Source: a virus
Direction: 5' to 3' (one strand)
DNA: 48,224 nt
Virus record (IMG/VR): IMGVR_UViG_3300045988_113942
A program made the translations under genes and the position numbers. The notes beneath the pieces were generated by a model. It saw nothing but the letters and a program-made list of their open reading frames with translations, made no database searches and was not told where the DNA came from. Below, piece by piece: positions 13,974 to 22,642 of this stretch. The number at the start of each line of letters is the position of its first letter. Within the stretch, counting starts at the first letter, position 1.

Positions 13974-14117
13974 GTGATTACTAAGGTGAGGAAGAAAATT
14001 TACTATCGAATGGCGACTTTCGAAGGTGTAGATGCTTCAATAACATTGCAGTCATTACTGAAAAAAAATCTTAGAGTCAGGGGTTGGCAGTCGACAACAA
14101 CAGCTGAATCCCGATGA
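13974..14117 (+). pseudogene. 5' fragment of the first AT-rich island gene, out of frame with 14161-14988 across an A8 tract
   Basis: AAGAGG lies 5 nt upstream of the GTG at 13974. The frame stays open to the TGA at 14115-14117. Removing one A from the A8 tract (14061-14068) joins it to the downstream frame, which is open from 14062. Confidence 0.45.
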
Positions 14118-14160
14118 AAAAACTTTTAGAGCCATCAATCAACATGCAGAATGCCAGGGG

Positions 14161-14988
14161 ATGACCTGTTGTCAGGTTATTCAAGTAGATCCAAATGCTT
14201 ATCAGCCAGTTATGATCTACGACAGTGGAACTCCTGAAGAGTATCGTATTGATGCAGTTTCGACGACCGAGCTAGGGAGAGAGGACTTAAAAAGTCATAG
14301 CGATTTTGTAAACTCTATGCTTTATTTCGGAGTGAAGGGGAATGAGGTTGTGGTTATGCCATCAAGTGCATTAACAATGCTTTCTCTAGAGCGGTATTTG
14401 GGATGGTTGCTTTTTGATAAAAAGCTTATTCCAGAGGACGCGAAATTCGCTTTGATAAAAACATTTACTCCTAATGTTGACGAATTGATACGGCAACATC
14501 CGGTTAGAAGCGTTCAAATTGGGGCGCCAATTCTTAACGAGAGTTCCTCTTTTGTTAACGAAGGGGAAAAGAAAGGAGAGTCTTCATTAAAAGACAATGT
14601 TACTGTTAAGGATGGAGTTTCTGTTAACGTAGATAGTTTAGGAGCAAAAATCCTTAAAATTTTGTTAAGAGAAGGTAATAGTCAAGACAGTTGGGTTAAT
14701 GATCTTTCTGATCAATCGAATTTGCAAGCTAAATTGGTGATTTCTTATTCTCGAAAAACAGATCCCGCTGGCCGAAAGCTTATGAATGTTATCGGTTCTA
14801 GTTTGCGTAATATTGATGATAGTGAGTTAATTCTTACATTAGATGGATGCGGCGTCTTAAGGGGAGAACAACTTAATTTGAGTAAAACTATCGATGTTGA
14901 GAAAACAACACGCGGTTTATATGCAACAGGTAATCTCTATAGAGACATGGTGGCGTGGTTAATAGAAATCCATGAAAAGAAGGAATGA
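14161..14988 (+). CDS. Soluble protein of the AT-rich two-gene cassette (RexA-like by architecture; family not established)
   Basis: 275-aa ORF at roughly 35-40% GC, against roughly 55-60% in the flanks. It is 4-nt coupled to the downstream 4-TM gene. Confidence 0.6.
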   Translation: MTCCQVIQVDPNAYQPVMIYDSGTPEEYRIDAVSTTELGREDLKSHSDFVNSMLYFGVKGNEVVVMPSSALTMLSLERYLGWLLFDKKLIPEDAKFALIKTFTPNVDELIRQHPVRSVQIGAPILNESSSFVNEGEKKGESSLKDNVTVKDGVSVNVDSLGAKILKILLREGNSQDSWVNDLSDQSNLQAKLVISYSRKTDPAGRKLMNVIGSSLRNIDDSELILTLDGCGVLRGEQLNLSKTIDVEKTTRGLYATGNLYRDMVAWLIEIHEKKE

Positions 14989-15518
14989 AAATGAGATCTT
15001 TCTTTACAAGTACACTATTTGTAGTTGTTTTGATATGTCTGTTGCTGTTGGGCGGTGGGTATCTTGGTTGGTTAATGAAAGACCTTTCTGATGCTACCAA
15101 AACGGGATTGACATATGGGTTTATTACATTTGCGATTTTGCCAATCTCTTTGTGCTTGTGGGGTGTTAAGGAATTTAATGCTGCATTTCCTAATGTTGCT
15201 CTTGAGTTGGATAAAAATGGTAGAAATCGTCTAGGTTGTTTAATTGATGATAAAATCGAAACGATTATTGTATTGGCTTTTTTTATAGTATTTATTCAAA
15301 TTATTCTGGCCTTTTGTTTGCTTTATTTCTTTGCTGGTAGTAACTACGAATTTGTAATTTTAGGGATTCTTTTTGGCGGTATATTGTCTTCTCTTGTGTA
15401 TGGTTTGTATGTTTGCTTTTCAGTTAGAAAGTTGGCCAGAACAGTTGAAGAGATTATTTCTAAAAGAGTCGCAAGAGAAAGACTTGAGAAGTATAAAAAA
15501 GAATTTGAAGACTCTTAG
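14985..15518 (+). CDS. Four-TM membrane protein of the AT-rich cassette (RexB-like topology)
   Basis: Hydrophobic helices at about aa 8-30, 41-60, 93-115 and 121-146, followed by a charged C-terminal tail. Confidence 0.7.
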   Translation: MKMRSFFTSTLFVVVLICLLLLGGGYLGWLMKDLSDATKTGLTYGFITFAILPISLCLWGVKEFNAAFPNVALELDKNGRNRLGCLIDDKIETIIVLAFFIVFIQIILAFCLLYFFAGSNYEFVILGILFGGILSSLVYGLYVCFSVRKLARTVEEIISKRVARERLEKYKKEFEDS

Positions 15519-15567
15519 CTAGGCAAGCTCGCCAGTGAAAACTGACGGGCTTTTCTATTTCGAAAGT

Positions 15568-15592
15568 GGCTACTGTCGTAGCCGCTTTTTTT
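15568..15592 (+). terminator. Rho-independent terminator closing the AT-rich island
   Basis: ggctac tgtc gtagcc followed by T7. A weaker hairpin lies at 15530-15556. Confidence 0.75.
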
Positions 15593-15957
15593 GTGTCCAG
15601 TGCGGCTGAGGCACGAGGCGGTCGTGGCTTTGGCAGCGTTCATTCTCCCGTCCTGCTCCTACGAAGAGCTATGCACCGAAGCGCACGACCGTTGTGAAGA
15701 GGAACGCGACCGTCATCAACCAGACGGTGAATCAGGTGCCGGCATCTTCCAACAGTGGCTTCTGGTCTACTGTTGCTGGATTGTTCGCGGGATCGATGGC
15801 AGGCAATGCTGTCTACGATGCTGTGACCGGTGACAAGAGCTAGGAGCCGGTGCAGGCTCAACCTCAGCCCGCTCAATAAAATTCCCAATAAAACGAAAGC
15901 CGTAGGAGCTACCAACTCTTGCGGCTTTCTCGTTCTACAACCTGAAGTAGAGGTCGT

Positions 15958-16569
15958 ATGACTAGAAAGATTGTACACAAGCCCGGCCAGATCGTTGGAT
16001 TGTTTGAGATCGTTGCATCAGCGGGATCAACGCCGCGTGGCGGGAAGCTCAGGTGCACCAACTGCGGCGCAGAGATCGTTCGACGTGGCACGTCCATTCG
16101 TACAGCTCTGAAGAACGGCGGACGATGGATCAACTGTGAATGCGGTGGGGCGGCGAGGCAGGATATATCCCGCTCCTTTGCTGAAGCAGCCCAGAAGGAT
16201 GTGATGGCTCAACAGCGTGAAGCTGAACGCCAGGCAAGACTCAGGAAGGATAACCGCCTTCTGTACTTCATCTGGGGAACTATGAAGGAGCGCTGCTACA
16301 ACGCATCAAACAAGAAGTTCAAGTACTACGGTGCACGTGGCATCTTCGTTTGCGATGAATGGCGCGATGACTTCGAGGTCTTCTGCACCTGGTCTCTCAA
16401 GCATGGTTATTGTCGAGGGCTCACCATTGATCGTATTGACAACGACCGCGAGTACAGCCCAGACAACTGCAGGTGGACGACTTACGCAGTGCAGAACAGC
16501 AATCAACGGCGAGGAAAGCGCGGGCCATACAAGCCGCGCAAGCATGCACGGGTCCTTCCGGGGGATTGA
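15958..16569 (+). CDS. HNH-type endonuclease / AP2-like DNA-binding protein next to the terminase genes
   Basis: YYGARGIFVCDEWRDDFEVF...LTIDRIDNDREYSPDNCRWTT...QNSN matches the phage HNH_3-like pattern. There is an N-terminal Cys cluster. Confidence 0.65.
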   Translation: MTRKIVHKPGQIVGLFEIVASAGSTPRGGKLRCTNCGAEIVRRGTSIRTALKNGGRWINCECGGAARQDISRSFAEAAQKDVMAQQREAERQARLRKDNRLLYFIWGTMKERCYNASNKKFKYYGARGIFVCDEWRDDFEVFCTWSLKHGYCRGLTIDRIDNDREYSPDNCRWTTYAVQNSNQRRGKRGPYKPRKHARVLPGD

Positions 16570-16578
16570 GACCCTTGC

Positions 16579-16672
16579 GGGCGGTTCCGACCCCGAAAAC
16601 GGTCTAGATGCAATTTTCAAAAGGGTGTTTATGAACATTTCACTTTACGCTTTCCGTGAACGGTTTACGCTT
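16579..16672. promoter_or_regulatory. Candidate cos region (cosN-like GGGCGGTTCCGACC plus two TTTACGCTT repeats)
   Basis: The GGGCGG..CGACC motif at 16579-16592 resembles lambda cosN (GGGCGGCGACCT) and lies about 170 bp upstream of the small terminase. The 9-bp repeats at 16644 and 16664 are 20 bp apart. Confidence 0.3.
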
Positions 16673-16747
16673 GCCGGCGCTCGCCGGTATTGAAGCGAAA
16701 GCGCGAACGCGTGAAGATGGAATTACCAAACAAAATGAGGTGTTGGC

Positions 16748-17290
16748 ATGGCGAACGATGGCGTCAGCATGCGAGAGTTTGCGCGCCAGGTCGGACGTAG
16801 TGCCGCATACGTAAGCGGGAAGTGCAAGACTGGCGAGCTGCCTCTTGTCGATGGAAAGATTCCGTTAGAAGAAGGCCTGAAAGCCTTCAAGGCTCTGGTC
16901 AAGTCTGAAGAACGAAAAAAGGCGAGCCGTCGCACGTCCAGAAAGACTGCGGACGTGTTCACGAGCGATGACGAAGACGACAAGCAAATATCGTCTGCGC
17001 TGAACGTTAACGAGGCGTTCAACAAGGCCCGGCTCGCAAAAGAGGTCGCGACCGCAAAGATCAAGGACCTCGAATACAAAAAGCTCAAGGGCGAATATGT
17101 CTCGGTTGCTGAGGTTGAGGCGGACGCGAGAGAGGCAGCAGCGATGCTCCGAAACTTCGCGATTTCCGCCCCGACTCGTTACTCGGCCCTGCTTGAGAAT
17201 CGGACGCAGCGCGAAGCCGAGGAAGTCCTTGAGGACATTTTCCGCGACCTTCTGAAAACGATCAACGGCTCGCGGTTTGCAAAGGAGTGA
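16748..17290 (+). CDS. Terminase small subunit
   Basis: N-terminal HTH (MREFARQVGRSAAYVS) and a coiled-coil middle (KARLAKEVATAKIKDLEYKKLKGEYV). It lies directly upstream of the GpA-type large subunit. Confidence 0.75.
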   Translation: MANDGVSMREFARQVGRSAAYVSGKCKTGELPLVDGKIPLEEGLKAFKALVKSEERKKASRRTSRKTADVFTSDDEDDKQISSALNVNEAFNKARLAKEVATAKIKDLEYKKLKGEYVSVAEVEADAREAAAMLRNFAISAPTRYSALLENRTQREAEEVLEDIFRDLLKTINGSRFAKE

Positions 17291-17294
17291 TGGA

Positions 17295-19133
17295 ATGGGT
17301 ATCTGGTCGAAAGCGTGGGCTACGGCCTGCCGTCCCATTTCTCGTTTGACCGGGAGCCAGTGGGCCGACAAGTTCCGCGTCGTCGCTTCTGGTACGTCTC
17401 CTGAAGCAGGTATGTGGCGCACAAGTCGAACTCCCTACCTGCAGGAGCCTATGGACTCTGCGACGGACAGGCGCACGGAAATCGTCGTCATGTGTTGCTC
17501 GTCACAGCTCGGCAAGTCGGAGATGCTCCTGAACATCATGGGCTACTACGCCGACCAGGAGCCTGCTCCTCAGCTGATGCTTCAGCCGACAGTTGAAATG
17601 GCCGAGGCGTTCTCGAAGGAGCGCATCGAGCCGATGTTCCAGAACTCTCCAGGCTTGCAAGGCAAGCTCGAAGAAGGGAAGGACGGTCGCGGCTCTGCGA
17701 AAAAGTCAAGTACGACTATTCGCATGAAGCATTTCCCGGGCGGGTATCTGGCTCTGGTCGGTGCGAACTCACCGGCTGGTCTTGCCTCTCGTCCGATCCG
17801 AGTTCTGCTTTGTGACGAAGTGGACCGTTACGGCGTGACGAAGGAAGGTGACCCTCTGAAGCTCGCGATTCAGCGAACTCAGAACTTCGGAAACAGAAAG
17901 ATCATTCTTGTCAGCACGCCGACCATCAAGGGCGCATCGAAGATTGACGACTGGTACGAACGAAGTGATCAACGTCGCTTCTTTGTCAAGTGTCCTCATT
18001 GTGGTGAGGAACACATTCTCCAATGGGCGAACGTGACGTGGCAGAAGGATGACGAAGGGAACGCGCTGCCGATGACGGCAAGCATGCATTGTCCAGAGTG
18101 CGGCTGCATGACGAGAGGTGCCTACAAGCCTGATCCAAAGTTGCTACAGAGCGGGCGGTGGATTGCAACGAACCCCGGCAGCAAGATCAAGGGCTATCAC
18201 GTCAACGCGCTTTACTCGCCGTGGGTGAACCTCAGCGATCTCGTCGAAGAGTTCGTGTCGGTCAATCACAATCGGGACAAGCACGGGCTCATGGAGTTCG
18301 TGAACCTGAAGCTCGGTGAGGCGTGGGAGGAAATCAATCCTGATGCTGACAACTGGGAACAGCTGTTCAATCGGCGCGAAAGCTATCCGGCAAACGGTGT
18401 TCTACCGGATGGCGTCTTGCTATTGACAGCCGGCATCGACGTTCAGCACGACCGACTGGAATGCTCGGTCTACGGATGGGGCGTCGGTCGAGAGTGTTGG
18501 GGAATTGAGCACCGCATTCTCTATGGCCGCCCGGATGATCCGCGAACATGGCAGCAGCTCGATGCTGTCCTACAGCGTCAGCATTCGATGCCGAACGGCG
18601 TCAACGTGGCGGTTGCTTGTGCCTGCGTTGACTCTGGTGACGGTACCTACACGACGAACGTCTACCAGTACACGAAAGCCCGCGAACGGATGCGCGTCTT
18701 CTCTGTGAAGGGGCGAGGCGGTATCGGTGTCCCGTTCATCAACACGCCGACGAAGAGCAACGCGATGAAGGCAACGCTCTTTACGCTCGGTGTTGACAGC
18801 GGGAAGTCGCTCGTCATGAACAGGCTTTCCGTGCAGGAACCCGGTCCGAACTTCGCGCACTATGCGGCGCAGGAGGATCGGGGCTTCTCTGAAAACTTCT
18901 TCAAGCAGTTGACCGCTGAGGTGCTTGAAAAACACTTTGAGAAAGGTGTCTCGAAGATGGCGTGGAAGAAAATCCGCGAACGAAACGAGGCGCTTGACTG
19001 CGCTGTCTATGCGACGGCTGCGTTGGAGCTTCTCTCTCCGAACTTTGAATATCTGGCTGAGTTTTATGCACTCAAACAGCAAACCGCACCGCGCAGACCG
19101 CGTGGAACCCTGTCAAAGGGGATCACCTTGTAA
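17295..19133 (+). CDS. Terminase large subunit, lambda GpA family
   Basis: SQWADKFR...SPEAGMWRTSRTPYLQEPMD, a Walker-like SSQLGKSE, and VLLCDEVDRY. AAGGAG lies 7 nt upstream of the ATG at 17295. Confidence 0.92.
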   Translation: MGIWSKAWATACRPISRLTGSQWADKFRVVASGTSPEAGMWRTSRTPYLQEPMDSATDRRTEIVVMCCSSQLGKSEMLLNIMGYYADQEPAPQLMLQPTVEMAEAFSKERIEPMFQNSPGLQGKLEEGKDGRGSAKKSSTTIRMKHFPGGYLALVGANSPAGLASRPIRVLLCDEVDRYGVTKEGDPLKLAIQRTQNFGNRKIILVSTPTIKGASKIDDWYERSDQRRFFVKCPHCGEEHILQWANVTWQKDDEGNALPMTASMHCPECGCMTRGAYKPDPKLLQSGRWIATNPGSKIKGYHVNALYSPWVNLSDLVEEFVSVNHNRDKHGLMEFVNLKLGEAWEEINPDADNWEQLFNRRESYPANGVLPDGVLLLTAGIDVQHDRLECSVYGWGVGRECWGIEHRILYGRPDDPRTWQQLDAVLQRQHSMPNGVNVAVACACVDSGDGTYTTNVYQYTKARERMRVFSVKGRGGIGVPFINTPTKSNAMKATLFTLGVDSGKSLVMNRLSVQEPGPNFAHYAAQEDRGFSENFFKQLTAEVLEKHFEKGVSKMAWKKIRERNEALDCAVYATAALELLSPNFEYLAEFYALKQQTAPRRPRGTLSKGITL

Positions 19134-19147
19134 GGAGTTGATGCTTC

Positions 19148-19735
19148 GTGGCACAACAGAAAACGCAGATCGAATACATCAACGTTGACGATCTGAAAGC
19201 GTACGAGCGAAACGCCCGCACGCACAGCGACGAGCAAATCAAGCAAGTCGCGGAATCGATCAAAGAATTCGGCTTTACAAACCCTGTTCTCATCGATGAA
19301 AACAACGAGCTCATTGCAGGCCACGGTCGAACATTGGCCGCGAAGTCGATCGGCATGAAGGAAGTGCCGGCGATCCGCCTGAAGGGGCTCACCGACGCGC
19401 AGAAGAAAGCACTGCGCATTGCCGACAACCAACTCGCCTTGAATTCGGGATGGGATGAAGAGCTTCTTCGCATCGAGCTCGGTGAACTTCAGGACGTTGA
19501 TTTCAATCTTGATGTCATGGGCTTTTCTGAGGAAGAGCTCGATGCACTTCTTCTGGCGGAAATCCCGGCCCAAATCGAAAACGATGAGACGGTCGACGAC
19601 GAGAGTCCTCAGAGTCAACTTGTCTTCAAGGTTACCTGCGAGACGCGAGATGAACTCGAAAGACTCAAGGAATTGACTGGAGCTGATGACAACAGTTGTC
19701 AAGCTTCCGTCCTCTTGGAGTACATCAAACAATAA
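19148..19735 (+). CDS. ParB-like nuclease (ParB/Srx N-terminal) domain protein with no methyltransferase domain
   Basis: YERNARTHSDEQI...FGFTNPVLID..NELIAGHGRTLAA...RIADNQLA. Confidence 0.8.
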   Translation: MAQQKTQIEYINVDDLKAYERNARTHSDEQIKQVAESIKEFGFTNPVLIDENNELIAGHGRTLAAKSIGMKEVPAIRLKGLTDAQKKALRIADNQLALNSGWDEELLRIELGELQDVDFNLDVMGFSEEELDALLLAEIPAQIENDETVDDESPQSQLVFKVTCETRDELERLKELTGADDNSCQASVLLEYIKQ

Positions 19736-19747
19736 GGAGGCATTGAC

Positions 19748-19975
19748 ATGTCTTGGATCACCATAGACGAGGCCCGCGCGAATCTGAAGATGTGGCTCGA
19801 TGCCGAACGCGCGGTTGCCTCTGGCCAGTCTTACAAAATCGGAACGCGTAGCTTAACGAGAGCTTCGCTTTCAGATATTGCGGCTCGCATCAAGTACTGG
19901 CGCAACGAAATCGACAAGCTCGAAAACGGACGTAAGGGGGCGCGCGTGATGCGCGCAGTCCCTCGCGACCTGTAA
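19748..19975 (+). CDS. gpW-like head-tail joining protein
   Basis: 75 aa, located between terminase and portal as in lambda. LDAERAVASGQSYKIGTRSLTRASLSDI. Confidence 0.65.
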   Translation: MSWITIDEARANLKMWLDAERAVASGQSYKIGTRSLTRASLSDIAARIKYWRNEIDKLENGRKGARVMRAVPRDL

Positions 19976-19987
19976 GGAGGCTTGCAA

Positions 19988-21559
19988 ATGAATCTGCTTG
20001 ACAAAGCAATCAGGGCGATCAGTCCTGAGCGTGCGTTGAAGCGCTTCGAGGCACGAAGAAAGCTCGAAATTCTGAACTCGGGCTATTCACGGCACGGTGG
20101 CTCATACGCAAAGAAGTCCTTGATCGGATGGCTGTCCGGCGGAAGCGATGCGGATGCGGACATCGTTGACAACTTGGAAACGCTTCGCAATCGCTCGCGC
20201 GATCTCTACATGGGGTCGCCTCTTGCGACCGGCGCTCTGAAGACGGTACGAACGAACGTTGTCGGTTCCGGTCTTGCGCTGAATGCACAGGTCGACGCGA
20301 AGTTCCTCGGTCTCACAGAGGAGCAAGCGAAGGAATGGGAAGAGAACACCGAACGCGAATGGCGTCTGTGGTCTGAAAGCGTGAACTGCGACGCCGAGCG
20401 CCGGCAGACATTCTTTCAGCTTCAGTCCTTGGTGCTCCTTTCGGCTCTGATGAGTGGAGACGTCTTTGTGACGATGCCGATCATTCCGCGCAAGGGTTGC
20501 GCCTACGACCTGCGCATCGGTCTCATTGAAGCCGACCGCGTGTGCGATCCGCTCAATGCCTCTACGACTGCAAACATTCTTGGCGGCATCGAGGTCGGGA
20601 CGTATGGTGAGACCGTTGCCTATTGGGTGGCGAAACATCATCCGGGCGCGATCCCTCGCATCGGTCAAGACCTGCAGCAGGAATGGAAGCGCGTGCTTGC
20701 TTTCGGTACGACGACAGGTCGACGAAACGTTCTGCATATCATGGCAGACGTAGAGCGTCCAGCACAGCGCCGAGGCGTGCCGATGCTTGCTCCTGTCATC
20801 GAGGCTCTGAAGCAACTATCCAGGTATTCAGAGGCCGAACTGATGGCTGCGGTCGTGTCCGGGATGTTCACAGTTTTTGTCAAGAGCAACACTCCCGATT
20901 CTCCACTCGCGACGGCCTTCAATCCGGCGATGCAGGTCGACAAGGCCCCAAACGCCTATGAGATGGGGAACGGCTCGATCGTTGCCCTTGATGAAGGTGA
21001 AGAGGTTCAGATTGCGGACCCGAGTCGACCGAACCCCAACTTTGATCCTTTCGTGATTGCTATCTGTCGTCAGATCGGTGCGGCGCTTGAGATTCCTTAC
21101 GAACTTCTCGTGAAGAACTTCACAGCGTCCTACAGCGCGTCGAGGGCTTCGCTTCTCGAGGCTTGGAAGATGTTCCGCATGCGCCGCGAATGGCTCGTGG
21201 GGAATTTCTGTCAGCCGATTTATGAGGAGTGGCTCACCGAGGCCGTCTTGAAGGGGCGTGTGCAAGCGCCCGGCTTCTTTGACGACCCGGCGATCCGTGC
21301 TGCATGGTGCGGGGCCGAATGGTTCGGCGATGCGCAGGGACAGCTCGATCCGCTGAAGGAAGCCAATGCCGCGAAGGTTCGAGTCGATGAAGGCTTCAGC
21401 ACTCGCGAACGAGAGGCGGCTGAGCTTACTGGCATGAAGTACGACCAGGTCCACGCTGTGCGCAAACGCGAGGAGGCAATGCGCAGGGAAGACGGTCTGA
21501 GTGCGACAGCTCCGGCTCAACCAATGACGGAACCGGGGAAGGAGGAAACCGATGAATAA
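19988..21559 (+). CDS. Portal protein, lambda gpB family
   Basis: NSGYSRHGGS..KKSLIGW....DADADIV.NL..LRNRSRDLYMGSPLA.GALKT. Confidence 0.92.
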   Translation: MNLLDKAIRAISPERALKRFEARRKLEILNSGYSRHGGSYAKKSLIGWLSGGSDADADIVDNLETLRNRSRDLYMGSPLATGALKTVRTNVVGSGLALNAQVDAKFLGLTEEQAKEWEENTEREWRLWSESVNCDAERRQTFFQLQSLVLLSALMSGDVFVTMPIIPRKGCAYDLRIGLIEADRVCDPLNASTTANILGGIEVGTYGETVAYWVAKHHPGAIPRIGQDLQQEWKRVLAFGTTTGRRNVLHIMADVERPAQRRGVPMLAPVIEALKQLSRYSEAELMAAVVSGMFTVFVKSNTPDSPLATAFNPAMQVDKAPNAYEMGNGSIVALDEGEEVQIADPSRPNPNFDPFVIAICRQIGAALEIPYELLVKNFTASYSASRASLLEAWKMFRMRREWLVGNFCQPIYEEWLTEAVLKGRVQAPGFFDDPAIRAAWCGAEWFGDAQGQLDPLKEANAAKVRVDEGFSTREREAAELTGMKYDQVHAVRKREEAMRREDGLSATAPAQPMTEPGKEETDE

Positions 21560-22628
21560 GTTTTGGAACGTAAAGACCGACGACGGGGCAAAGAAGGCTC
21601 GGATCGATCTTTTCGGGTATGTCGGCGGGTCCAAGGAGTGGAATGACGGATTCAACGAGAAGGATTTTCTTGACGAATTCCGCGCGATTCCGTCCGATGC
21701 CGAGCTTGAGATTTCAGTCAATAGCTTCGGTGGATCTGTTTACACGGGGCTTTCGATCTATTCGTTACTGAAGGCACATAAAGGCTCGATCACCATCCGC
21801 GTCGATGGGGCGGCCATGAGTGCGGCAACGATCATCACGAGCGTGCCAGGTGCGAAGGTCATCATGCCGAAGGGCTCAATGATGATGATCCACAAGGTCA
21901 GCTCTGGCGTCTGGGGGAACACGGACGACATGAGGAAGGCGGCCGATGACATGGAAAAGCTTGAGGAAAACCTCATCAGTATCTATGTCGAAAAGACCGG
22001 CCGCGCGGTTGATGAGATCAAGGAAAAGGTCAACGCCGAGTCCTATTTCACAGCAGAAGAGGCTGTGGAGTTTGGTCTGGCTGACGAGATTGATGAAACG
22101 ACGGAAGTCAAGAATATGACTTCTGGCGGCTTCGTCATGTTAAACGGCCTGAAGGCAGATTCGCGTTTCTTCGCGAATGCGCCGAAGGGCTTCATTCACG
22201 CGGAACAGCCCAAGGCATCCGCAGTTCAAAAGGAGGTTCACAAGATGAATCTGGAAACGTTGAAAGCGGAACATCCTGAGCTCGTTCAGGCGATCCGCAA
22301 CGAAGCAATTGCCGAAGGCGCTGCCCAGGAACGCGCTCGCATTCAGGCAATTGAAGACATCGCTGTCGTCGGTCATGAAAACCTTGTAAACGCTGCAAAG
22401 TTCGACGGCAAGACGACCGCCGAGGCGCTTGCAGTTCAGATCCTGAAGGCCGACAAGGCTCGCGGCGCACAGATGCTCAAGGATCGCAAGAGCGACGCGA
22501 AGGCTCTTGAGGGTATCGAATCGGAAGGCAATGAAGGCCTTGATCCGAAGGCAGAAGCGAAGGCAAAGCTGGACGCCGAAATGAAGGCGGCCATTGAAGC
22601 AGGTGCGCGCGCCTTCGCTCGCAAGTAA
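21552..22628 (+). CDS. ClpP/S49-like prohead protease fused to a scaffold domain (gpC/Nu3-like)
   Basis: INSFGGSVYTGLSIYSLL, GAAMSAATII, and an Ala/Lys-rich helical C-terminal half. Confidence 0.88.
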   Translation: MNKFWNVKTDDGAKKARIDLFGYVGGSKEWNDGFNEKDFLDEFRAIPSDAELEISVNSFGGSVYTGLSIYSLLKAHKGSITIRVDGAAMSAATIITSVPGAKVIMPKGSMMMIHKVSSGVWGNTDDMRKAADDMEKLEENLISIYVEKTGRAVDEIKEKVNAESYFTAEEAVEFGLADEIDETTEVKNMTSGGFVMLNGLKADSRFFANAPKGFIHAEQPKASAVQKEVHKMNLETLKAEHPELVQAIRNEAIAEGAAQERARIQAIEDIAVVGHENLVNAAKFDGKTTAEALAVQILKADKARGAQMLKDRKSDAKALEGIESEGNEGLDPKAEAKAKLDAEMKAAIEAGARAFARK

Positions 22629-22642
22629 AGGAGGAAGAAGAA

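Noticed and set aside
15591-15833. 80-aa Cys-rich ORF after the AT-rich island. An alternative frame ends SGFWSTVAGLFAGSMAGNAVYDAVTGDKS.
   Set aside because: - The track ORF starts at a TTG inside the terminator T-run and has no RBS.
- The alternative glycine-zipper-like frame has only a GTG at 15694 and no Shine-Dalgarno sequence.
- Coding status of 15593-15957 is left open.
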